Below the pieces are notes generated by a model. The model was not told the origin of the DNA. It worked only from the letters and a program-made list of their open reading frames with translations, and ran no database searches. Positions 1-11,553 of a stretch of DNA of 64,000 nt are shown here, piece by piece. Origin of the DNA: a plasmid. Each line of letters opens with the position of its first letter. Positions within the stretch are counted from its first letter, which is position 1. The translations under genes and the position numbers were made by a program. The DNA is taken from sequence record CP147646.1. One strand, written 5' to 3'.

Positions 1-820
1 GGAATACTCCCATAGTATTAGCATAGCCATATTCTGATAGTTTAAAGGCTTTTTCATAAAGATAATACATCAAAGTGCTTGTTGAATAATTTGGTCCACC
101 AGATGTTAGGAGCTGGATTAAGGCAAAACATTGAAATGAATTAATTGTTGTTATAACTGCAATATAGAGTGTAGTTGGTAAGAGACTCGGCCATTTAATT
201 TGCCAAAAAACTTGCATTTCATTGGCTCCATCAACACGCGCAGCTTCGCAAAGAGAATTATCAATATTTCCCATCGCCGCAATATATAGAATAATAGGTT
301 GACCAACTGAGGTCGTTAGCAAAATAATAATAATAGCAAGTAATGCCCAGTGCTTATCACCAAGCCAGCTAATATTCTGTTCAATGACATGACCTGATTT
401 CAAGATGTAATTTAAAATTCCGGACATAGGGTCATAAATCCATTTCCAAACAACTGTGACTGCAACACTACCAGTTACTACTGGCAAGAAGAAGACACAA
501 CGGTAGAAAGAGCGTGAAAAAACATTTTTTTCATAAGTATTGGCAGCAACAAAAAGTGAGAAGAAAACCACTACTGGCACAGAGCCAATCACAATGATTA
601 CTGTATTTATCAAGGATTTCATGAAAATAGAATCATGAAACATACGATTGTAATTAGCTAACCCAATAAAAGTGAACTGTGTCATAGAATAATTAAAAAA
701 ACTAGTGACAAAGCCCATAACCATCGGTGCAAAAACAAAAATTAAGAAAAATAAGAGAATAGGCGCTAGAAAAGCATAAGCTATCATCGTTTCCCTCATC
801 TTTAACTTATTAGTACGCAT
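1..820 (-). CDS. Sugar ABC transporter permease, N-terminal part only. Start ATG near 818-820 with an AGGAGA RBS; the ORF runs off the window start.
   Basis: Open minus-frame from ~820 to position 1 translating MRTNKLKMRETMIAYAFLAPILLFFLIF... with multiple TM segments, typical of MalF/UgpA-type permeases. Sits downstream of the solute-binding protein gene in the same operon. Confidence 0.65.
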   Translation of the reverse strand, partial: MRTNKLKMRETMIAYAFLAPILLFFLIFVFAPMVMGFVTSFFNYSMTQFTFIGLANYNRMFHDSIFMKSLINTVIIVIGSVPVVVFFSLFVAANTYEKNVFSRSFYRCVFFLPVVTGSVAVTVVWKWIYDPMSGILNYILKSGHVIEQNISWLGDKHWALLAIIIILLTTSVGQPIILYIAAMGNIDNSLCEAARVDGANEMQVFWQIKWPSLLPTTLYIAVITTINSFQCFALIQLLTSGGPNYSTSTLMYYLYEKAFKLSEYGYANTMGVF

Positions 821-907
821 ACGGTACTCTCCTTTACATCTTAACTTGACTAAAAACTCCTCTTCTATCCCAATATGTGATTGACCATAGAAAAGGAGTC
901 TCCTTAA

Positions 908-2224
908 TTATTTAGCTGCTTTTTTAATGGTATCATTTGCTTTTTGAGTAAAGTCTTTCAAAGCATCTGCTGGTTTTTCATCACCATTGGATACAGATTG
1001 AACCATTGGGAACCATAAGGTTCTCATTTCAGAAAATCCATCGATAGTGTTGTAATATGGTGAATAATATTGAGTCCATTTTGAAATCTTCATCATACGT
1101 TTATCACCTTTATAAAGATCCCCAAATGATGTTCTAACTGGGAAAGCACCTGTACGTATAACATCTTTTGGTCCCCATTTTTTATCATCAGCAATAAAAG
1201 TGATAAATTTCTTAGAGGCTTTTACTTTGTTTTCATCTTTATTATTAAAGACCGCAAAACCATTAACAAGGTATTCTAAATCTGGTTTTCCATCTTCTGA
1301 TGGGAATGGCACTTCAAGGTAATCCACTTTACTTGACTCTAATAATTTTGCTTGAGTTTTTGGTTGAGCTGGAGCCCATAGGATAGTGAAAGCAGTTTGT
1401 CCATTGGCGAAGTTTTGAATGTCAGCTGAGCCATCATACTGAGACCCATTCATCAAGTAGCCTTTCTTAATCCATTCAACTATTTTTTTCATTGATTTTA
1501 CAGAATTTTTAGTGTCAGTGGTATATTTTGTTACTTCTTTATCTGTTATTGGAGCACTATAAAGATTAGCAAAAAATGCACGTGGTCCTTGATCTCCTCC
1601 TTGCCCGTTTGCAAAGAATGAACCTGGTGTATAGCCTTTATTTTTTAGTGCTTTTAGTACTTTTTCAAAATCACTAGTAGTCCAACCTTCTTTTACAAGT
1701 TTCAAAACTCCTGCATCTTTAAGCATTTTTTTATTGAACGCCATATAAAATGGGGCAGAACTTATTGGATACATGTAGGCTTTATCGCCAGACTTAGAAG
1801 CTTGAATGATGTTCTTATTATTGACATCCTTAATAAATTGGTCTGTAAATAAATCATTCAAATCTGCTAATTTACCATTTTTACCATATTGAATAATTCG
1901 CCCTGGTGCATCAAAAAGCACATCAGGTGCTGTCCCTGCTTCAATTGCTGTAGTGATTTTTTCAGGTCCAGATGTGAAATCAATTGTCTCTAGTTTTACT
2001 TTTATATTAGGATTTTTCTTTTCAAAAGCCTTGATGACTTTTTTCTCATAAGTACCTACTCCATCCTTAGCCTTTTCTTGAGTAAAGGTTGGAAAAGCCC
2101 ACCACGTAATTTCGACTTTATCCTTCTCGGCAGCCATAACAGATTGACTACTGTCTACACAAGCAAACATTGATAATGCTGCAGCTCCGAGGCAAAAACC
2201 AATCACACTTTTTTTGATACTCAT
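908..2224 (-). CDS. Extracellular solute-binding lipoprotein of a sugar ABC transporter (sialic acid / amino-sugar type)
   Basis: 438-aa ORF with an N-terminal signal peptide plus Cys (LSMFAC...) lipobox-like motif and SBP_bac_1-like composition. Lies between nanE and a permease gene. Confidence 0.75.
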   Translation of the reverse strand: MSIKKSVIGFCLGAAALSMFACVDSSQSVMAAEKDKVEITWWAFPTFTQEKAKDGVGTYEKKVIKAFEKKNPNIKVKLETIDFTSGPEKITTAIEAGTAPDVLFDAPGRIIQYGKNGKLADLNDLFTDQFIKDVNNKNIIQASKSGDKAYMYPISSAPFYMAFNKKMLKDAGVLKLVKEGWTTSDFEKVLKALKNKGYTPGSFFANGQGGDQGPRAFFANLYSAPITDKEVTKYTTDTKNSVKSMKKIVEWIKKGYLMNGSQYDGSADIQNFANGQTAFTILWAPAQPKTQAKLLESSKVDYLEVPFPSEDGKPDLEYLVNGFAVFNNKDENKVKASKKFITFIADDKKWGPKDVIRTGAFPVRTSFGDLYKGDKRMMKISKWTQYYSPYYNTIDGFSEMRTLWFPMVQSVSNGDEKPADALKDFTQKANDTIKKAAK

Positions 2225-2270
2225 AACTATTCCCCTTTTTTATTTTTATTTTGATTTTTGAGTAACACTT

Positions 2271-2981
<711 letters not shown>

Positions 2982-3068
2982 TTATCTTTTTTAATTTTAG
3001 ATATCTACAAACCTTATTATATCTATTTTTAAAGCGTTTTCAATAATCTTTACAGACTTAGATTTTAG

Positions 3069-3082
3069 TTTTAACGTTTTGA
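3069..3082 (-). promoter_or_regulatory. Candidate catabolite-responsive element (cre) upstream of nanE
   Basis: ttttaacgttttga and its complement TCAAAACGTTAAAA match TGWAANCGNTNWCA at 12/14 positions, with the central AACGTT palindrome. Located in the nanE 5' region. Confidence 0.2.
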
Positions 3083-3183
3083 TTTAGTCACGGTTAACGT
3101 GAAAGTAGTTTCAGACTTATAGCTTAATCTCCTCAATTTAATAAAAATTATATAAGAACCTTGAAAGTCTATTCAAGGCATAT

Positions 3184-3211
3184 AAAAAAGAAGCCAAATA
3201 GCTTCCTTTTT
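3184..3211 (-). terminator. Rho-independent terminator downstream of sip, bidirectional in appearance
   Basis: GAAGC-CAAATA-GCTTC hairpin flanked by an A-run on one side and a T-run on the other. Lies immediately after the sip stop codon. Confidence 0.5.
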
Positions 3212-3215
3212 TATA

Positions 3216-4520
3216 TTATTTGTTAAATGATACGTGAACGTGGTCATAGTGGTTGGCAGTAACGCCACCACGATCTGGCATTGCATTCCAAGTATTAGCA
3301 GGTCCATAAATACTATTTGTATTTGAATAAAACTTTTGTTGCCAGATAACATATGAAATGTTATTTGCTGCCATATTTTGTGTAGAGTACTGTGCAACTT
3401 CATTACCAAGTGCTTGGTTTTTACCTACAATAAAGTCAACTGCTAAACCTTTACCATGATCACCTGGATCTCCCGCACGGTATGTACTGAATTCATTAAC
3501 TCCATAAGTTGACGCTACTTTTTCTTTATAAGCTGCAACATGAGGTTGGAGCCCTGCATTTTCAGGATGTGCAGCTACTGCATTTGTTGTTGAAGCTGGT
3601 TGTGCTACCGGTGTTGCTGTTGGAGCTTTTTGTGCTACCGGAACGCTCTTAACTTCAGTCGCTTGTAACTTACTGTCTGTAGCTGGTGAAGTCGTAGTCA
3701 CAGGAACTGCTGGAGCTGATACATGCTCTGGTGATGCACCAGTTTCTACTTTAGGAGTGACTACTTTAGCACTTGCCACTCTAGGGGCTGCTACAGTTCT
3801 TACCGGTGCTACTTTAGCTACTGGAGCTGGTGTTTCAGCGGCAACAGAAGCTGGTGATACTGTTGTTAACTGACTGACTGACGTCTGAGTTGGTTTAACT
3901 TCCTCTTTAGCTGCTGGAACTTCTGAAGTAATCGACTTCACAGGAGCTGGTGATACCTGTTCATTAGCTGCTACTTGACTAACAGCTTGCTCTTGTGCTA
4001 ATACTTCTTTTGATTTCAAAGCTGGCGCAGAAGAATATGTCTTCATTGGCGAAACAATCGTTGTTGCTGCTTCTGGTGTCATACCTTCCGAAATTGTATT
4101 GAGAGAAACTTTTTGGTCTGCAACAAAAACTTGATTGGTTTTCAAATCGACAGTAGCTGTTGTTTGACCAGCAGCATTTGTTGCTGGTGTTTCTATTTTC
4201 ATTGAAGTGGCAGTATGACTCTTCTGATCGTAAGTTACTGTCAGTGTTGTCTCAGGATAAATAAGATTGATATCTGCAATGTTATTAATTTTTGCTAAGA
4301 CATTCATATCAATTGACATTGCTTCTGAAATAACGCTTAGTGTATCACCATATTTCACAGTATATGATGATTTATTGTCTTGCTTTACCAAATCAGCCTT
4401 TACCTCTGAAACAGTACGTGCTGTCCACGTCGTATCTGTTTCTTGTGCTTGAACACTTGCGACTGATAATAGCGAAGCTGCCATTGTCGATGTCAATAGT
4501 ACCTTTTTATTCATTTTCAT
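3216..4520 (-). CDS. sip: Surface immunogenic protein Sip: LysM domain, Ala/Pro/Thr-rich linker and a C-terminal conserved domain
   Basis: 434-aa ORF with signal peptide (MKMNKKVLLTSTMAASLLSVASVQA) and a LysM motif (YTVKYGDTLSVIS). The C-terminal block (YRAGDPGDHGKGLAVDF...) matches my recollection of GBS Sip. ATG start verified. Confidence 0.8.
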   Translation of the reverse strand: MKMNKKVLLTSTMAASLLSVASVQAQETDTTWTARTVSEVKADLVKQDNKSSYTVKYGDTLSVISEAMSIDMNVLAKINNIADINLIYPETTLTVTYDQKSHTATSMKIETPATNAAGQTTATVDLKTNQVFVADQKVSLNTISEGMTPEAATTIVSPMKTYSSAPALKSKEVLAQEQAVSQVAANEQVSPAPVKSITSEVPAAKEEVKPTQTSVSQLTTVSPASVAAETPAPVAKVAPVRTVAAPRVASAKVVTPKVETGASPEHVSAPAVPVTTTSPATDSKLQATEVKSVPVAQKAPTATPVAQPASTTNAVAAHPENAGLQPHVAAYKEKVASTYGVNEFSTYRAGDPGDHGKGLAVDFIVGKNQALGNEVAQYSTQNMAANNISYVIWQQKFYSNTNSIYGPANTWNAMPDRGGVTANHYDHVHVSFNK

Positions 4521-4666
4521 TGCTTCAATTCCTATTTCCTTTTTATTAGTCCGAGACTATAATATCACACTTTACTGGACTATAAAATTATTTTCAGACG
4601 GTTTAAAGAAATTGTACTTAGTTAATAACAAAACTGTCATTTAAAACAATGAATCAATACCTCAAA

Positions 4667-5566
4667 CTATTTGTAAAGCAGTTCTTGACTGTTGTCAACG
4701 CGAAGCCAAACTGAACTACCATTAGCAAAGCGTGTCTTAGCCCAAGTTAAACCAGCTGTTCCTTGGATGGGTTTTTCTACAGTCTTAAGAGTTTTAGGAT
4801 TAAAGATAAAGTAACCACCTTTTTGAAGAACCTGGTCAGCTGTCAAATTACCATTAGCATCAACCTCATCAATTTCTGATGCTGGTATACCATTATCGTT
4901 CCAATCAAACCCAGTCGGCGTTAGGGTGTTATTTTTGACTAACCAAACACCATTAACCTTTTGTAATTCATCTACTCGATACACTTTTAATTTACTAGAT
5001 TGATTCTGTACAGGAGCTGATTGTAATGGCTTAATGCTTGGAGCTGATGCTTGCGTTTTTCCACTAAAGGTCGCAACGTTAGCAATTAGTGACGTTGGAT
5101 TGATACGTCCATGGAAACCATTTTGAAAATTAGGGTTAGCTGGTAAAAATTCAAAATGAAGGTGAGGTCCCGTCGCCATACCAGTTGCTCCTACGTAACC
5201 GATGATATCTCCTTGTTTGACTTTTTCCCCAGTCCTAGCCACCACACGTGACATATGAGCGTAACCACTATGCATTCCATCCGCATGTTGAATCATGACA
5301 CAATTTCCTGCTAAGTCTGTCATCCAAGAAAAGTTGGCTCCAGCTCCTGCAAATTTCACAGTACCATCTGCCACTGCCCTAATAATCGTTCCAGTCGGAA
5401 CAGCATAATCCACCCCACAATGTCCAGGATAACCATTGAAACCTGTTGTAATTCTACCATTATCAATTGGACGGACATAAGTATCCGCTAAAACTCGGGA
5501 ACCCGCAGATAAAACCATACCACCTAAAACAACTAAGGAACTTGCCTTAACTAACCATTTATTCAA
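4667..5566 (-). CDS. Secreted M23 (lysostaphin/zoocin A-like) peptidase with a C-terminal wall-targeting domain
   Basis: 299-aa ORF with signal peptide, an HxxxD...HLH M23 core (YAVPTGT..., GPHLHFE) and a C-terminal domain of zoocin-A-like length. Confidence 0.7.
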   Translation of the reverse strand: MNKWLVKASSLVVLGGMVLSAGSRVLADTYVRPIDNGRITTGFNGYPGHCGVDYAVPTGTIIRAVADGTVKFAGAGANFSWMTDLAGNCVMIQHADGMHSGYAHMSRVVARTGEKVKQGDIIGYVGATGMATGPHLHFEFLPANPNFQNGFHGRINPTSLIANVATFSGKTQASAPSIKPLQSAPVQNQSSKLKVYRVDELQKVNGVWLVKNNTLTPTGFDWNDNGIPASEIDEVDANGNLTADQVLQKGGYFIFNPKTLKTVEKPIQGTAGLTWAKTRFANGSSVWLRVDNSQELLYK

Positions 5567-5647
5567 GAAAAACCTCCAAATAGAATTAATATAATGAAGT
5601 GCTCAAACACTTGCAATTAACTTATTCGAAAATTTAAATCAAAATAT

Positions 5648-5676
5648 CAAAAAAAGTACTCACCTTGATGAGTACT
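5648..5676 (-). terminator. Rho-independent terminator after purH
   Basis: Perfect 8-bp stem AGTACTCA/TGAGTACT with a 6-nt loop, followed on the minus strand by a T-run. Confidence 0.6.
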
Positions 5677-5758
5677 TAGGAGGTTTAATAAAAAGAAAAG
5701 TTTTTAGGATATACGTAGTATACCTGAGTTAACTTAAGAAAACCTAAACTACTATTTT

Positions 5759-7306
5759 TTAATGTCTAAAATGTCTCACGCCTGTGAAGATCATGGTCAA
5801 GCCATGTTTGTTTGCGGCGTCAATAGATTCTTGATCACGAACTGAACCACCTGGCTGGATGATTGCTTTGATGCCTGCGGCAGCTATTTCTTCAATGTTG
5901 TCCGCAAATGGGAAGAAGGCATCTGATGCTAGAACGGCACCGTCAAGGTGGTCCTTAGCCTGCTCGATAGCAATCTTGACTGAGCCGACACGGTTGGTTT
6001 GACCTACACCCAGTCCAAGCGTCATGTGATCGTTAGTAATAATAATCCCGTTAGACTTAACATACTTGATAGCCTTCCAGGCAAACTCAAGGGCAGTCAC
6101 CTCTTGTTCTGTTGGCTGGCGGTCTGTCACCACTTGCCAGTCAGATGGATTTTCAGCCACAACGTCTTGGTTTTGCACCAAAAGTCCACCAACTACGCCA
6201 GTGTACTCAGCTTCCACTTCGCTGGCAGCTTGGGCATCAAACGGCAACTCAAGGATACGCAAGTTTTTCTTTTTATTTGTGAGAATAGCTAGCGCTTCTT
6301 CTGAGTATGATGGTGCGATGATGATTTCCAAGAAGATAGGGTGCATCTTCTCAGCTGTCGCTGCGTCAACTTCACGGTTAAGGACAACAATTCCACCAAA
6401 GATTGAAACTGGATCAGCTTCATAAGCGTAATCCCAAGCTGTCTCAATATCATCAGCCTGTCCGATACCACATGGGTTCATGTGTTTGAGGGCAACAACC
6501 GTTGGACTGTCTTTGAAATCGCGGATAATACGGATTGCTGCATCAGCATCACGGATATTATTGAAGGACAATTCTTTTCCATTGAGCTGTTTAGCTGAAG
6601 CGATTGAGTAGTCTGTTGGTAAGGCTTTTTGGTAGAAATCAGCGTCTTGCTGTGGATTTTCTCCGTAACGCATAGCCTGTTTAAGATCATAAGTGATGGT
6701 CAATTTTTCAGGCTTAGCCTCTCCCACTTGAGCTGTGAAGTACTCAGCAATCAAAGCGTCGTAGGCTGCCGTATGACGGAAGGCCTTAGCTGCCAAGCGT
6801 TGACGAGTTTTAAATGTCGTCTGACTAGCGTCAGCCAATTCTCCCAAAACAGTGGCATAGTCAGCTGGATCAACCACAACGGTTACGCTAGCGTGGTTTT
6901 TAGCAGCTGAGCGAAGCATTGATGGACCGCCGATGTCGATGTTTTCCACCGCCAAATCGTTGGTCACGTCTGGGCGAAGGATAGTCTCCTTGAAGGGATA
7001 GAGGTTGACAACCACGAGGTCAATCAACTCGATGTTGTTGTCCTTAGCAGCCTGAAGGTGGCTGTCAGCGTCGCGACGAGCCAAAATCCCACCGTGAATG
7101 TTTGAGTGGAGGGTCTTAACACGACCATCCATCATTTCTGGGGAGCCAGTTACATCGTCAATAGCAATGGTCTCAACACCAGCATCGTCAAGGGCAACCT
7201 TAGTCCCACCAGTTGAGATAATATCCCAACCCAAGTTTTTCAATTCTTTTGCAAAGTCAATAATTCCTGATTTGTCAGAAACTGAGATTAAAGCACGTTT
7301 AGTCAT
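5759..7306 (-). CDS. purH: Bifunctional AICAR transformylase / IMP cyclohydrolase
   Basis: 515-aa ORF with an MGS-like N-terminus and AICARFT domain. Last gene of the pur cluster. Confidence 0.9.
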   Translation of the reverse strand: MTKRALISVSDKSGIIDFAKELKNLGWDIISTGGTKVALDDAGVETIAIDDVTGSPEMMDGRVKTLHSNIHGGILARRDADSHLQAAKDNNIELIDLVVVNLYPFKETILRPDVTNDLAVENIDIGGPSMLRSAAKNHASVTVVVDPADYATVLGELADASQTTFKTRQRLAAKAFRHTAAYDALIAEYFTAQVGEAKPEKLTITYDLKQAMRYGENPQQDADFYQKALPTDYSIASAKQLNGKELSFNNIRDADAAIRIIRDFKDSPTVVALKHMNPCGIGQADDIETAWDYAYEADPVSIFGGIVVLNREVDAATAEKMHPIFLEIIIAPSYSEEALAILTNKKKNLRILELPFDAQAASEVEAEYTGVVGGLLVQNQDVVAENPSDWQVVTDRQPTEQEVTALEFAWKAIKYVKSNGIIITNDHMTLGLGVGQTNRVGSVKIAIEQAKDHLDGAVLASDAFFPFADNIEEIAAAGIKAIIQPGGSVRDQESIDAANKHGLTMIFTGVRHFRH

Positions 7307-7325
7307 GAGTTCTCCTTTTCTTACT

Positions 7326-8078
7326 TCAATCTATTTCATAGGCTATGTATTCATGAGAAAATTCATAACCGAGTTTTTCAGATAAATTCAATGAAGTCCT
7401 TGTATGAGCATCCCAGCTAGGATAAATTCCCTTATCTAAACAAGTTAGTATCAACTGAGCTGCAACTATTGTTGCTAAACCACGCCGACGAAAATCTGGA
7501 TGCGTATCTACTTCTATCTCGATCCCATTTTTATAGGTTGAATAAGATGAAGCTCCTGCAATGATATTCCCCTGATAATATATAACATAACCTATACCTT
7601 GTTTTTTATAGTACTGATAAGTAGCGTAATTTGCTACTAAATCCTGTGACCATTCCTTTTCTAAGCAAGAGTTGTAAACTTTCTCATCAATAACACGTAA
7701 TTCAAAACCATTTGGCAACTGAGTAACAAACTTCTCTAACCTACTTCGCTCAAACAAAGTATCTTTTTTCGTCGCATAACGCTTAAAAGAATGGGCATTC
7801 TGGCCATAAGTTGATTCAATCAAATCTGACCATCCTTTATGCTGAGGAACAAGGATAATATCCTCCCCAGAGCAAACTTCTAGTAGAAATAAAGTAGGCT
7901 GACCTGCTAGAAAGCCAAAAGATGATTTCCTTCCCAATTTTGCCAAAGAAGATTTTGGTTGGTCTAAACTATCTACAAAAACTTCTCCCATAATACCTTG
8001 GACACACGACCAGATTATGGTCTCGTCCCAATCACCAAAAATAGACTCTACTATCTCTAAATTTTTCACTAGTTTCAT
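7326..8078 (-). CDS. GNAT-family N-acetyltransferase inserted between purN and purH
   Basis: 250-aa ORF. The C-terminal half has an acetyl-CoA binding motif (RRRGLAT..., Q/RxxGxG/A type). Confidence 0.55.
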   Translation of the reverse strand: MKLVKNLEIVESIFGDWDETIIWSCVQGIMGEVFVDSLDQPKSSLAKLGRKSSFGFLAGQPTLFLLEVCSGEDIILVPQHKGWSDLIESTYGQNAHSFKRYATKKDTLFERSRLEKFVTQLPNGFELRVIDEKVYNSCLEKEWSQDLVANYATYQYYKKQGIGYVIYYQGNIIAGASSYSTYKNGIEIEVDTHPDFRRRGLATIVAAQLILTCLDKGIYPSWDAHTRTSLNLSEKLGYEFSHEYIAYEID

Positions 8079-8100
8079 TAGCTTATTATAACAAATTTTA

Positions 8101-8649
8101 CTATTTTCTCTTTATGCCCAAACTATCCAAAACATCTGGATAGAGTTGATATTCGGTTTCATGGATGCGGGTTTCAAAGCTTTCTAGGCTATCGTCTGCT
8201 AGGCGTGGCACGCGCACTTGTTGGATGACCTGACCGGTATCCACACCAGAGTCCACCCAATGGATGGTCACACCAGACTGGTCAACACCTGCCTCCCAAG
8301 CATCCTTGATACCGTGAGCACCTGGAAATTCAGGCAGATAGGCTGGGTGAATATTGATGATACGCCCTTCATAGGCTGAGAGCAAGGTTTCTCCGACAAT
8401 CTTCATGTAGCCCGCCAGACAGACCAAGTCAATCTCGTGTTTGTCCAACAAATCAACGACGGCTTGCTCGTAAGCCGCCTTATTCTCAAACTCTTTGAGT
8501 TCAAAAGCGAAGCTTGGAATGGCTAAGTTCTGAGCACGCTCTAAAACATAGGCATCACGATGATCTGAAAAGACAAAACTAACTGGAAACTGCTCTGCTA
8601 TGACCTGAAAGTTGGAACCATTAGCAGAAGCAAAAACAGCGATTTTCAT
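8101..8649 (-). CDS. purN: Phosphoribosylglycinamide formyltransferase
   Basis: 182-aa ORF with the formyl-transferase core (SANGSNFQ... HPAYLP). Confidence 0.85.
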   Translation of the reverse strand: MKIAVFASANGSNFQVIAEQFPVSFVFSDHRDAYVLERAQNLAIPSFAFELKEFENKAAYEQAVVDLLDKHEIDLVCLAGYMKIVGETLLSAYEGRIINIHPAYLPEFPGAHGIKDAWEAGVDQSGVTIHWVDSGVDTGQVIQQVRVPRLADDSLESFETRIHETEYQLYPDVLDSLGIKRK

Positions 8650-8815
8650 ATTCGATACAAAGGGATGATTCGGCTTGCCGAAAAATTTCTAGAAAAATAG
8701 GAAAACGAACAACGACGCTTGCGTCTAAGTCGTTTTATCTTTTTTCCCAGAAATTTAATCCCGTGTTCAGTTAGGCAAACTAACTAAACACTCCTTTCTT
8801 ATAAAATTTAGTGAC

Positions 8816-9838
8816 TTATTTAATCACCACACTATCGTCTGCTTTCTTGATGATACGACCGATTTCATAAACTGGTTCGTCCAAGAGCTCTTTGACGCGG
8901 TTAACATTTTCAGGACTAACAGCTAGCATAAGACCGACACCCATATTGAAGATTTCAAACATTTCTTCGTGCTTGATGTCACCATATTTTTCAAGCGCCT
9001 TGAAAATCGGAAGTACTGGCACCTTATCCTCATCGATTTCCGCAGCCAAATCATCCGCAAACATACGAGGAACATTCTCGATAAAGCCACCACCCGTGAT
9101 GTGGCCGATACCGTTGACTAGTTCTTCCTTGATTAATGGCAGAGCTGCTTGAACATAGATACGAGTTGGCTCAAGAAGGACATCCTTGAGTTGTTTACCT
9201 TCAAGCTCTGGAAGCAGCTCTTTACCAGTATAGTCAGCAAAGACACGACGCACCAGCGAATAACCGTTTGAGTGGATACCACTTGAAGCAAGTCCCAAAA
9301 GAATATCGCCTTCCTTTACTTTGGAACCATCAATGAGCTGAGATTTTTCAGCCACACCAACAGCAAAGCCAGCAAGGTCATAATCATCTTCGCCATACAT
9401 CCCAGGCATTTCAGCGGTCTCACCTCCAATGAGTGCTGCTCCTGCTTGAACACAACCTTCTGCAACGCCAGAAACAACTTCTTCAAGTTTGACTGGGTTA
9501 TTTTTTCCTGTCGCAATATAATCTAAAAAATATAATGGCTCAGCACCTGCTGCAATAATATCATTGACACACATGGCAACACAATCTTGGCCTATGGTGT
9601 CATGCTGTTGATATTTAATCGCAAGCATGAGTTTTGTGCCAACACCGTCTGTTCCTGAAACCAAAATAGGCTCTCTAACTCCTGTTTTACTCAAGTCAAA
9701 CACCCCACCAAAGCCACCTAGAGCTCCCATGACTCCCGCACGTTCTGTACGAGAAACGTGTTTTTTTATTCTTTCAACCACTTCATAACCAGCTTCAACA
9801 TCAACACCAGATTTTGCATAAGCATTTTTTTCAGACAT
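8816..9838 (-). CDS. purM: Phosphoribosylformylglycinamidine cyclo-ligase (AIR synthase)
   Basis: 340-aa ORF with the AIRS N- and C-domains ([12 protein letters not shown]...). Confidence 0.9.
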   Translation of the reverse strand: MSEKNAYAKSGVDVEAGYEVVERIKKHVSRTERAGVMGALGGFGGVFDLSKTGVREPILVSGTDGVGTKLMLAIKYQQHDTIGQDCVAMCVNDIIAAGAEPLYFLDYIATGKNNPVKLEEVVSGVAEGCVQAGAALIGGETAEMPGMYGEDDYDLAGFAVGVAEKSQLIDGSKVKEGDILLGLASSGIHSNGYSLVRRVFADYTGKELLPELEGKQLKDVLLEPTRIYVQAALPLIKEELVNGIGHITGGGFIENVPRMFADDLAAEIDEDKVPVLPIFKALEKYGDIKHEEMFEIFNMGVGLMLAVSPENVNRVKELLDEPVYEIGRIIKKADDSVVIK

Positions 9839-9865
9839 GTTTTCTCCTTATATAATTAGCAGAGC

Positions 9866-11320
9866 TTATTTCACTTTTTGAATATAAAAACTTGTTTCTT
9901 CTTCTAAACTTCTGAGGTATTCTTCTTCATAATCATAAAGCGGTGTTGGATAATGTCCATCAAAGTAAGCTACGCATAAACCACCATTTGGTGCTTTTGT
10001 TTCGAGTCCAATTGATTCAATCAACCCATCTAGTGAGAGATAGGTCAGACTATCTGCGCCAATAATATCACACACTTCGTCAGCAGCGTGATTTGCTGAA
10101 ATTAATTCTCGTCTTGTTTGAATATCAATACCATAAAAACAAGGATACTTTAATTCTGGACTAGCTATAGCAACATGTACTTCACTAGCTCCTGCTTCTC
10201 TTAATAATCCGACAATCCTTCTAGAAGTCGTTCCTCTTACAATTGAGTCATCAATCATAACAACGCGCTTTCCTTTGACAACACCAGATACCGCTGATAG
10301 TTTCATTCGAACACCTTGTTCCCTTAATTCTTGTGTCGGTTGAATAAAGGTTCGCTGCGTATACTGATTTTTTACAAGACCCATCTCATTTGGTAATCCG
10401 GATTCTTCAGCAAAGCCCATAGCAGCCGATAAGGACGAATTTGGGACACCAATTACAATATCAGCATCCTGTTTAAATTCTTGTGCAAGACGCTTTCCCA
10501 TATTTTTTCGAGCCGTATGAACATTAACACCATGTATAGTTGAATCCGGCCTTGCAAAATAGACATATTCCATCGAACAAATTGCCAGTTGCGTTTCATC
10601 AGTATAACGATCACATTGAATACCACTATCGTCTATAAGGATAACTTCGCCAGGTTCAACATCTCTAACCCATTTTGCGCCTACCACCTCAAAAGCACAG
10701 GTCTCACTGGAAATAACCCAAGCACCATTTTGCATTTGTCCAATTGACAAAGGACGAAAGGCATTAGGGTCAAGAGCAGCAATTAATTTATCTTCTGTCA
10801 TCAGTAGATAGGCGAAGCCTCCCTTTACAGTGCTTAAAGCTTCTTTTACCTTCCCCATAAAACTTGGGTTATGGCTTCGACGAATCAAGTGCATCAAAAT
10901 TTCAGTATCTGAGGAGGCATTGAAAATTGCACCTTGCTTTTCTAATTCTTTCCTTAAAGAAATAGCATTTGTCAAATTACCATTATGGCATAAAGCAAAT
11001 TGCCCGTCATGAAATTTATAAAGAAAAGGCTGAATATTGCGAATATCTGCAGAACCTGCAGTAGCATACCGAACATGTCCAATAGCCGCATTCCCAGTTA
11101 AATTATCTAATTCAGATTGATTCTTAAAAACTTCAGAAAGGAGCCCAACATTTCGATAACCATAGAGTTTCCCATTATCATTCGAAACAATACCAGCACC
11201 TTCTTGACCGCGATGTTGAAGGCTATGAAGCCCAAAGTAAGTGACTTGAGCTGCCTGAGGATGCCCCCAGATACCAAAGACTCCACATTCTTCATTTAGA
11301 GATTTTACTTCGTATGTCAT
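9866..11320 (-). CDS. purF: Amidophosphoribosyltransferase
   Basis: 484-aa ORF with an N-terminal Cys (CGVFGIWG) Ntn glutamine amidotransferase domain and a PRTase domain. Confidence 0.9.
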   Translation of the reverse strand: MTYEVKSLNEECGVFGIWGHPQAAQVTYFGLHSLQHRGQEGAGIVSNDNGKLYGYRNVGLLSEVFKNQSELDNLTGNAAIGHVRYATAGSADIRNIQPFLYKFHDGQFALCHNGNLTNAISLRKELEKQGAIFNASSDTEILMHLIRRSHNPSFMGKVKEALSTVKGGFAYLLMTEDKLIAALDPNAFRPLSIGQMQNGAWVISSETCAFEVVGAKWVRDVEPGEVILIDDSGIQCDRYTDETQLAICSMEYVYFARPDSTIHGVNVHTARKNMGKRLAQEFKQDADIVIGVPNSSLSAAMGFAEESGLPNEMGLVKNQYTQRTFIQPTQELREQGVRMKLSAVSGVVKGKRVVMIDDSIVRGTTSRRIVGLLREAGASEVHVAIASPELKYPCFYGIDIQTRRELISANHAADEVCDIIGADSLTYLSLDGLIESIGLETKAPNGGLCVAYFDGHYPTPLYDYEEEYLRSLEEETSFYIQKVK

Positions 11321-11553
11321 TCTTTTTTCCTAATTCTTTTTGTATCTCATCTTAAGTAGCTTTGATGATTTTCTCAATTTTGGATCTATCGTCACCAATG
11401 CCAACATCAAAATAGAAAATCTATCAAGCTATTTTCAAGCTAATCATTGAGTCTTAGCCTCAACGGCTCCCAAATACCACTACGACAGAAAGATACAGTT
11501 AAGCTCGCTTCGCTCTTGTTTCCTTATCTGTTTTATGAAAAAATTTGAAAAAA

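Noticed and set aside
3173-3409. 78-aa minus-strand ORF overlapping the 3' end of sip
   Set aside because: Lies inside sip in another frame and over its terminator. No RBS. Low-complexity hydrophobic translation.
5999-6910. Several plus-strand ORFs (97, 119, 93 aa) inside purH
   Set aside because: Antisense to a well-supported conserved gene. Ser/Thr/Cys-rich translations typical of reverse-frame artefacts.
11321-11553. 230-bp non-coding gap between purL stop and purF start, examined for a riboswitch or T-box
   Set aside because: No purine-riboswitch core, T-box specifier/antiterminator or strong hairpin+U-run found. Probably just an expanded spacer or degenerate remnant.
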